From an uncultured virus (IMG/VR IMGVR_UViG_3300010885_066780) (taxonomy: Duplodnaviria; Heunggongvirae; Uroviricota; Caudoviricetes), in IMG/VR virus record IMGVR_UViG_3300010885_066780: DNA of 20,000 nucleotides; one strand, written 5' to 3'. A program made the translations under genes and the position numbers. Positions 13,879 through 20,000 of the stretch are shown here, one piece after another; within the stretch, counting starts at the first letter, position 1; each line of letters opens with the position of its first letter. The notes under the pieces were generated by a model that was given only the letters and a program-made list of their open reading frames with translations, had not been told where the DNA came from and searched no databases.

Positions 13879-14216
13879 TTGATTTCTTTCACAACGTAAC
13901 GAGCAGCAAAACAATCAGCAAGCGTCAGCAATTGTTTTCCACCCCGGCCTTGATAAATTTCGATCGTCTTTGGATCTCGCTGATTTTCATTACCACCCCA
14001 ATGACGACGTGCTTCTTCGTCTAGTTCATTGGCATCATATGCGTCAGCAATTGCAAGTAATGGCTCAATAGCTGTTTTCAAACGTTTGATTTGATCATAG
14101 AGTGCAGCATGTTCCAAAACTTTTGAAACATGTCCGCGTTCTTCTAAGGCAAATTCCCGCAGACGTGTATTCTCAGCCTTCAAAAATTCCAGTTGTTCAA
14201 GATCAGTCATTGTCAT
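13875..14216 (-). CDS. Hypothetical protein, 113 aa
   Basis: ATG 14216, 5 nt past the -10 box of a sigma70-type promoter. Confidence 0.8.
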   Translation of the reverse strand: MTMTDLEQLEFLKAENTRLREFALEERGHVSKVLEHAALYDQIKRLKTAIEPLLAIADAYDANELDEEARRHWGGNENQRDPKTIEIYQGRGGKQLLTLADCFAARYVVKEIK

Positions 14217-14221
14217 TTTCA

Positions 14222-14250
14222 ATTATGTGAACTTTCTGCGACTATGTCAA
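14222..14250 (-). promoter_or_regulatory. Sigma70-type promoter
   Basis: TTGACA-17-CATAAT. Confidence 0.65.
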
Positions 14251-14251
14251 T

Positions 14252-15811
14252 TCACCGATTTTCTGCTGGAGTTGCTACGTCAATCAATTCTCGCAGTGCA
14301 CGAGTAATTGCCACATATTCCAGATTGACTTCTTGAACTTGTTGCCAAGCCTTCTTTGCATAGGGAGAAGGCATATACCTGTCACGTCCTAAAATATAAA
14401 CTCGGTGCCATTCGCGCCCCTTTGAACGATGTACCGTTGACAGCGTCAGGACTTCTGGCAACCGATCATCTGGTGTATTACCAAACATGCGATCAATGTC
14501 AGCTACTAGATCATCTACCAAGTCTCGCTTTTGCAGCAAGCACCGATTGATAATCACTCGGAGGCAATCTATCTGATCAACCAGAGCTTCAACGCGCCCT
14601 TCTTGCCCCTTGCTCATAAACTTGGCAGTTTGGCGAGCTTCAAAATCTTCCAGCTTGGTCAACAGTCGGTCCAGAGTCTTGATTTTCCAACGTCGGGCCA
14701 GCTTGATCAAACCAGTTCCAATTTCACGTCCTTCAACCCGACAAGCGATTCCCCGAGACAAGAGTGAATAAGCGGTCGTTACCAGAGGAGCTGTGTTTCT
14801 GCAAAGAATGGCATCGGTCTTTCCCAGTCCTTCAGCATCAAGTTCTTCAAACTTGATTGATCGGATGACGCCATCTTCACTGTCTTCCCAAGCTTTGAAG
14901 TCGGGAACAAGTCGTTGTGCTTCAGCAACCACCAGCTTGGGGCAACGACGAGTCACATTCAGTGGCATCGTAACTGCATTAGTTGCCTGCTTGAGTTGGT
15001 TCATGGAATCACTGTCAGCTCCAGTAAATCCATAAATTGCTTGGCAGGGATCTCCCACAAAAATCATTCGACCAGTACGTGGCTTCAACATGGCCATAGC
15101 CAATGCTCGTCGCGCCGGGTTGGTGTCTTGTGATTCATCCAGGAGGATCCAATCCTTGGGCCAGAAACGAGCCTTAAAATAAAGCGGGGCCAGGATCATG
15201 TCATCAAAGTCAATTACTTCTCGACATTGGTTGAGGCTGATTCTGTAGACTGCTTGCGCTGCTCGAATTACAGCAGCAACATCCACATCTTCAGCAACAT
15301 CATCTTCAATTCCAAAGTGATCCCAGATGTCCCACCAAAGAGCTGTGTCTTCAATTCTGCCCAAGTGACCAATTGCACGTTGCTTGGCCAAGCTGGCCAA
15401 CTTAGCAATAGCAGTGTCACATTCGGTATAGATGGCACCTTCAGGTTGAAAGCTTTGTTCTTTAATAATGTTGGCCAACTTCTTGTCATCCACTCGGACG
15501 TTGGGAGCAATCTTTCTCCAAGCTGAAAATCCAAAGCTATGAACAGTGCCAGCCTGTGCAACTCGCCAGTCGAACTTGGCTTCTTCCAACCAAACCTTAA
15601 GTTCGTCAGCGATCTTCTTGTTATAAGCCATGAGTGCCACATCACCAAACCGACCATCAACAATGGCTTCAACCACTCGCTTGAGGGTAAATGTTTTGCC
15701 ACATCCAGCACGTGCCAGCAGTTCAAGAGATCCGGTTCCTTCATATACCCAGCGAATGACTGCCAGTTGTTGATCGGAAAGTCCTTGCCAGCGAGTAGGG
15801 TTGAAAGCCAT
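14252..15811 (-). CDS. UvrD/Rep-family SF1 DNA helicase, ~519 aa
   Basis: LSDQQ Q-motif, ARAGCGKT Walker A, TVHSFG, LLDESQD, VGDPCQAIYGFTGA, TRRCP, STVHRSKGREW, YVAITRA; AAGGA RBS before ATG 15811. Confidence 0.93.
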   Translation of the reverse strand: MAFNPTRWQGLSDQQLAVIRWVYEGTGSLELLARAGCGKTFTLKRVVEAIVDGRFGDVALMAYNKKIADELKVWLEEAKFDWRVAQAGTVHSFGFSAWRKIAPNVRVDDKKLANIIKEQSFQPEGAIYTECDTAIAKLASLAKQRAIGHLGRIEDTALWWDIWDHFGIEDDVAEDVDVAAVIRAAQAVYRISLNQCREVIDFDDMILAPLYFKARFWPKDWILLDESQDTNPARRALAMAMLKPRTGRMIFVGDPCQAIYGFTGADSDSMNQLKQATNAVTMPLNVTRRCPKLVVAEAQRLVPDFKAWEDSEDGVIRSIKFEELDAEGLGKTDAILCRNTAPLVTTAYSLLSRGIACRVEGREIGTGLIKLARRWKIKTLDRLLTKLEDFEARQTAKFMSKGQEGRVEALVDQIDCLRVIINRCLLQKRDLVDDLVADIDRMFGNTPDDRLPEVLTLSTVHRSKGREWHRVYILGRDRYMPSPYAKKAWQQVQEVNLEYVAITRALRELIDVATPAENR

Positions 15812-15842
15812 GACGTCAAATCCTTGTGCAATCTCTTTGTCT

Positions 15843-15870
15843 ATCATACAAGTTTTTGAAAAGTTGTCAA
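15843..15870 (-). promoter_or_regulatory. Sigma70-type promoter for helicase
   Basis: TTGACA-16-TATGAT. Confidence 0.65.
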
Positions 15871-15963
15871 GAGTGATCTTTGAACAGCATAAATAAATTA
15901 GATAGTTGTGGCGGAAATCGACCACAACTCAAAAACCCTTCAGCAGAAAGTGATTGAAACAAA

Positions 15964-16710
15964 ATGACAACATCTCCGAATAAAATACAAATCCTTCAAA
16001 CTCTATTAAAACATTTTCCCACTAGTGATTTCCAACAGTTGGGATTAGCTACCGATGAATTATTTGGATTGTTATATCCAGATGAACTTGGAACTGAAAT
16101 TCCAAACACGTTTGTCAATTTTTTGAATACATTAATTATCAATAATGTCAAATCTGGACAAGTGATATTCAAACCCAGATCCTACCAAACTGATTTTGCA
16201 ACACAATTGACTGGAGCATATTCTAGAATCATCCATAAAGCTGACAGACAGATGGGGACAACTCTTATGTTAACAGCATTTGCAGTATGGACAGCTTTAT
16301 CCAATCCCTGGCAATGCATTGAGTATATTGTACCAACATTCAATGTCAGCAAAACCGTTAGTCATCGATGTCAAGACATCTGTTTGAACCCCTTATACAA
16401 ACTGCATGTTGTATCAGCCAACTTTCATGGTATTCAATTCACCAATGGAAGTCGACTAGTATTCAGCACTGCATCGTCTCCTTGGGTTGCTCGTGGAAGA
16501 AGTTGTGGTATGATAATTATTGAAAATGCTGATCTCATATCTAAAAAATATGAAGAAGATTTGTATGGCAATGTTTTTGCAGCGACGCATCCCAATGGAA
16601 AAATAATTGTTAGTGGTGGTGAATCATCATTTCAAGGCCAGTTCTATGATATTTGGCAGAATTCTGCGGATTGGCATCATATTGAACATACACAAGACAT
16701 GGGGTCTTGA
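15964..16710 (+). CDS. Terminase large subunit ATPase-like protein (degenerate, no nuclease domain)
   Basis: FKPRSYQ, KADRQMGTT, IQFTNGSRL, RGRSCGMIIIENAD, GKIIVS, FYDIWQ resemble T4 gp17-type N-terminal motifs. Confidence 0.7.
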   Translation: MTTSPNKIQILQTLLKHFPTSDFQQLGLATDELFGLLYPDELGTEIPNTFVNFLNTLIINNVKSGQVIFKPRSYQTDFATQLTGAYSRIIHKADRQMGTTLMLTAFAVWTALSNPWQCIEYIVPTFNVSKTVSHRCQDICLNPLYKLHVVSANFHGIQFTNGSRLVFSTASSPWVARGRSCGMIIIENADLISKKYEEDLYGNVFAATHPNGKIIVSGGESSFQGQFYDIWQNSADWHHIEHTQDMGS

Positions 16711-16763
16711 TTATTTTAAATACGTTGGGTTAGCTTAACTCAAATACTTTTTAGGAGATAGTA

Positions 16764-17546
16764 ATGAATAAAATTGAATATTCAGATAATGTACATCCAA
16801 AATTTGGAAGACCATTAGTATCCAAATTTATAAATTTTAAAGAATTGAAATTATCACATGCTAGAAATGTTGCTATCAACAAAAGACAATTGAATGAATA
16901 TAAAATTGTTCCTGAAATGGAATTTCCAGTTCATGATTTGACAAAAGGCACTCACATAGGAAATGCAAACACAACATTAGGACCAATGCAAATTTATAGG
17001 ATGTATGAAATCAATGAAGATCAACAACATATGATTTTATATGCATTTATAAGAGAAGATTTGGGTCCTACAAAACCATTATGTCAAATCGTGTTTAATT
17101 ATATAGAAAATATTGGATTATTGAGAAAAGGTATGTATTGTGTTGCTGGATTCCGTGGCCGAGGTTTGATTTCAGAATTAACTTTGTGTGTTACCAAAAT
17201 GGATGATGAAAGAATCATAAGTGATGTGCATATGACACCTTCTGGAGAAAAAGCTTGGGAAAAATTATTGCGAGATTATCCTTCACAAACTGGGATTTTT
17301 CATGGACCAACTCAAAAAGTTTATCCTCTCCAGGCAGCTAATAAAATATTCAATAATGTATTTGTTGTTAGTCCTAAAGATGACAATGCAAGTGATCAAT
17401 ATTGGTTTGAAAATCCAGAACATGGACAAGCTTGGTTTTACTATATCAATTATCATATTAATACTATTCAAGAATCAGCAGTCAATAATTCTAGGCACCT
17501 TGGGTTGATTCAACCATATTATTCTTTTGGAGACGGTTATGAATAA
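16764..17546 (+). CDS. GNAT-like hypothetical protein, paralog 1
   Basis: AGGAG RBS; YCVAGFRGRGLISEL motif A-like, ISD..MT.SG..AW; ends QPYYSFGDGYE. Confidence 0.8.
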   Translation: MNKIEYSDNVHPKFGRPLVSKFINFKELKLSHARNVAINKRQLNEYKIVPEMEFPVHDLTKGTHIGNANTTLGPMQIYRMYEINEDQQHMILYAFIREDLGPTKPLCQIVFNYIENIGLLRKGMYCVAGFRGRGLISELTLCVTKMDDERIISDVHMTPSGEKAWEKLLRDYPSQTGIFHGPTQKVYPLQAANKIFNNVFVVSPKDDNASDQYWFENPEHGQAWFYYINYHINTIQESAVNNSRHLGLIQPYYSFGDGYE

Positions 17547-18309
17547 ATTTTCAAAAAAATACAATCATCTATTAGAAAATTCATTACCAATAAATGCTTA
17601 TTGTCAAAATGATTTGACACTGAAAACCGCCATAAGAAACCCCATTCAATTGAATGAATATATTATAATTGATGTAACACATTTCACCGCAGTTGATTTT
17701 TCTAAGGCTACTTTGATTGGAAAAGTAAATAGTACTTTGGGTATGCTAGATGTTTATCGAGCAACATTCACTAATCAAACTATTTGGTATGCTTTGGTTG
17801 ATCCAATTATTGGTCCTTCAGCGTCGTTGTGTCATATAGCATTCTTGTTTAAAGAAGATTTACCATTATTGAGAAAAAATGCCTATTGTCTACCAGAATA
17901 TAGAAACAAAGGATTAATTTCAGAATTGAATTTGTTCATTGCCAAAAAAGAAGGTATCACAACAATCAGTGACACTCTAATGAGTCAGTCAGGCGCAAAG
18001 ACTTGGGAAAGAATGATTCGATTGTATCCATCACACTGTGGTATATTTTATGGTCCAACGCAAGATGTTTTTGCAATCGATAAAATTGGCACTAAACAAA
18101 ATGGCTTAACTATAGTTGATCCAGCAAAAGATAGTCGCAGTGCACTTTATTGGTTTGAAGATCCAGATCAAGGACAAAAATGGTTTTATATTTTTCTGTC
18201 ATTTGATGAACAGCCAATTACAGAAGATGAACATATATTCTATAATGCTATAAACAGAAGTTTGGATTCTTTTCAACCCTATTGCTTCTTTGGAGACGGT
18301 TATGAATGA
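17539..18309 (+). CDS. GNAT-like hypothetical protein, paralog 2
   Basis: Start MNKFSKK at 17539 with GGAG RBS inside upstream gene; YCLPEYRNKGLISEL; ends QPYCFFGDGYE. Confidence 0.8.
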   Translation: MNKFSKKYNHLLENSLPINAYCQNDLTLKTAIRNPIQLNEYIIIDVTHFTAVDFSKATLIGKVNSTLGMLDVYRATFTNQTIWYALVDPIIGPSASLCHIAFLFKEDLPLLRKNAYCLPEYRNKGLISELNLFIAKKEGITTISDTLMSQSGAKTWERMIRLYPSHCGIFYGPTQDVFAIDKIGTKQNGLTIVDPAKDSRSALYWFEDPDQGQKWFYIFLSFDEQPITEDEHIFYNAINRSLDSFQPYCFFGDGYE

Positions 18310-19045
18310 AGTTAGATATTCAGATTATGTTCATCCAAAATTTGGAAGAGCATTGCTTTGTGATCCTATTTACTATGAAGATCATTCACTCGAAACCGCT
18401 CTAAAATCTCCGACGACATACACTTTGGATTTTTCTTCAAGAGATTTTTCGCTGGCAAAAATAGTGGGAATAGTTGGTAGTTTTTGTGGACAAAAAGCAG
18501 TGTATCGCATAGTATTTGACAATGGTCGAATCTGGTATGGATTATTTGAACGCAATAAATGTAATTCTGATTCAACAAATCTCATATGTGGCTGGGAATT
18601 CATATATGATCCTGCCCGCCCACTGTTACCAAATGATTCATTCTGTAAAAAAGAATATCAAGGACAAGGACTTTTATCAGAATTGTTTTGGTTTATTGCA
18701 AAAAATGAACATCATTCAATCAGCAGTCCTGTAGTACCAAAATGTGATACGATAAAATTTTGGAATGCACTGCTTCATGATTTCTATGTCAAACATATTA
18801 GTATATATCATTGGCCAACGAAACAAACATATACCGCATATTCAGCAGGAAAAGTAATTGATGGTCAATATGTGATTGATCCAAATCAAGAAAAGATGAC
18901 CGAGTATTATCATATGCCGGAAGAATATATTAAATTCAAGGAGTGGTTCTATGTCTATAAAACGCCAACATCTAGAACTTCTTCCGAAGACAGATATTTG
19001 GGACCAATTCAACCCTATTGCAAATTTGGTGATGGTTATGAATGA
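18302..19045 (+). CDS. GNAT-like hypothetical protein, paralog 3
   Basis: Start MNEVRYSDYVHPKFGR (matches paralog 1 N-terminus); FCKKEYQGQGLLSEL; ends QPYCKFGDGYE. Confidence 0.8.
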   Translation: MNEVRYSDYVHPKFGRALLCDPIYYEDHSLETALKSPTTYTLDFSSRDFSLAKIVGIVGSFCGQKAVYRIVFDNGRIWYGLFERNKCNSDSTNLICGWEFIYDPARPLLPNDSFCKKEYQGQGLLSELFWFIAKNEHHSISSPVVPKCDTIKFWNALLHDFYVKHISIYHWPTKQTYTAYSAGKVIDGQYVIDPNQEKMTEYYHMPEEYIKFKEWFYVYKTPTSRTSSEDRYLGPIQPYCKFGDGYE

Positions 19046-19150
19046 TCGTCAATAACTCGTTTTTCAAGACTCGGATTGATATTGGAAATGAAAATTAATT
19101 CATCGCACTCCTTGGAGACGGGTCAGAAATATCATAAATTATAAACTCTT

Positions 19151-19291
19151 TTATATTTTTGTATTTGATGTATGACAGCATTCTTTAAATGAATCAAAGT
19201 TTTTGCTCGGTATTGATTTAATCTTGTTCATTGGTGTGAAATTGGCCCGATGTATATTGCTTCTTCCAGTGATCAATCTAAATCTCGCCAT
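19151..19291 (-). CDS. Possible small hypothetical protein, 46 aa (possibly frameshifted)
   Basis: AGGA RBS, ATG 19291 (MARFRLITG...), 7 nt after upstream stop. Confidence 0.35.
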   Translation of the reverse strand: MARFRLITGRSNIHRANFTPMNKIKSIPSKNFDSFKECCHTSNTKI

Positions 19292-19298
19292 TCTATTC

Positions 19299-19484
19299 CT
19301 ATTCAACCAATTGTTTCTTACGCCATTTCAAAAAGACCTGTAGCCAATTGACCGCTAGAGCAGCAAGATCCAACCACATTAGAAACATGTTTTTTTCATA
19401 AAACGCCCACGTTGCCAAATAAGTGAAAGCCATTATGAAAAAAGTGTCTGCATTGAAGAGCACAAAACGACAAATATTTTTCAT
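19299..19484 (-). CDS. Small membrane protein, two TM segments, 61 aa
   Basis: TGATG overlap with upstream gene; two hydrophobic stretches and basic C-terminus. Confidence 0.7.
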   Translation of the reverse strand: MKNICRFVLFNADTFFIMAFTYLATWAFYEKNMFLMWLDLAALAVNWLQVFLKWRKKQLVE

Positions 19485-19690
19485 CAGTTGCATGCTTGTA
19501 CCGATCCATCCCGGTTATATTTCACAGTTGCACCAGATGGGAATTGTAGGTACTTCACCCCATCAACACATGTTTCACTATGTCCGGTAATATTTGCTAC
19601 ACCACGATCAAAATGCCCACAAGCAGAAACACTTAGACATCCAATTGCTGCCGCAGCAATAGCCAATTTTTTTAGTGTAGTTGAGTTCAT
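19484..19690 (-). CDS. Small phage lipoprotein, 68 aa
   Basis: AAGGA RBS; basic N-terminus, hydrophobic helix, lipobox-like VSAC. Confidence 0.8.
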   Translation of the reverse strand: MNSTTLKKLAIAAAAIGCLSVSACGHFDRGVANITGHSETCVDGVKYLQFPSGATVKYNRDGSVQACN

Positions 19691-19704
19691 TGGTAATTCC
19701 TTTT

Positions 19705-20000
19705 CTAAATATCTTTAAACATGCGATGAGCCATGGATTCAAAAGCTTGTCCAAGCCGATTATATACAAATTGAAATACTCGTTTGAAGGGATCGTTCAA
19801 CAGCGTCCAGACAGCACTGGCCGGCCAGTAACTCATCCAAAAGATAATACGACCTTGATTATTTTGTGCGGTGGGAATTTTTGGCGCCAGCGGAGACGTT
19901 TTCAAATCACGTTGGTATCTTTCTTTTTGAGTTAGAGTTCCATATCCTGTATTCACCATTGTTGTATCATCAATAGCGCCATTTTCTTGAATCCATTTAT
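19705..20000 (-). CDS. Hypothetical protein, C-terminal part (start probably outside window)
   Basis: Frame of track ORF 19705..19959 stays open to the window edge; WMSYWPASAVWTLLNDP hydrophobic segment. Confidence 0.75.
   Translation of the reverse strand, partial: KWIQENGAIDDTTMVNTGYGTLTQKERYQRDLKTSPLAPKIPTAQNNQGRIIFWMSYWPASAVWTLLNDPFKRVFQFVYNRLGQAFESMAHRMFKDI

Noticed and set aside
14356..15859. Multiple antisense and alternative-frame ORFs over the helicase (including 15268..15831)
   Set aside because: Shadow ORFs of a higher-GC gene with a complete helicase motif set; no RBS or recognisable motifs
15964..16710. Functional terminase large subunit
   Set aside because: Too short, Walker A/B catalytic residues altered, no nuclease domain
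1..20000. Stop-codon reassignment (TAG) suggested by a possible CUA tRNA
   Set aside because: Genes are intact under code 11, and several end cleanly in TAG (7078, 9474, 12866)

Overview
AT-rich segment of a large (jumbo-type, T4-like late promoters) bacteriophage genome, standard genetic code. It carries a dispersed minus-strand array of 18 CCA-encoding tRNA genes (1392-12005), many structurally atypical. These are interleaved with late genes for probable head-packaged proteins, a SegB-like GIY-YIG homing endonuclease and two endonuclease remnants. The key observation is at the 5' head of the array (12258-12593): tandem promoters, a 42-codon, codon-diverse leader peptide, and mutually exclusive antiterminator/terminator hairpins. 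This looks like a ribosome-coupled attenuator that would switch on the tRNA region when translation stalls. Two structured non-coding RNA candidates flank the first tRNA. Upstream are an HD-domain alarmone hydrolase-like gene, a UvrD-like helicase, a degenerate terminase-ATPase paralog and three tandem GNAT-like paralogs. All calls come from reading and hand-folding the sequence; no searches were run.
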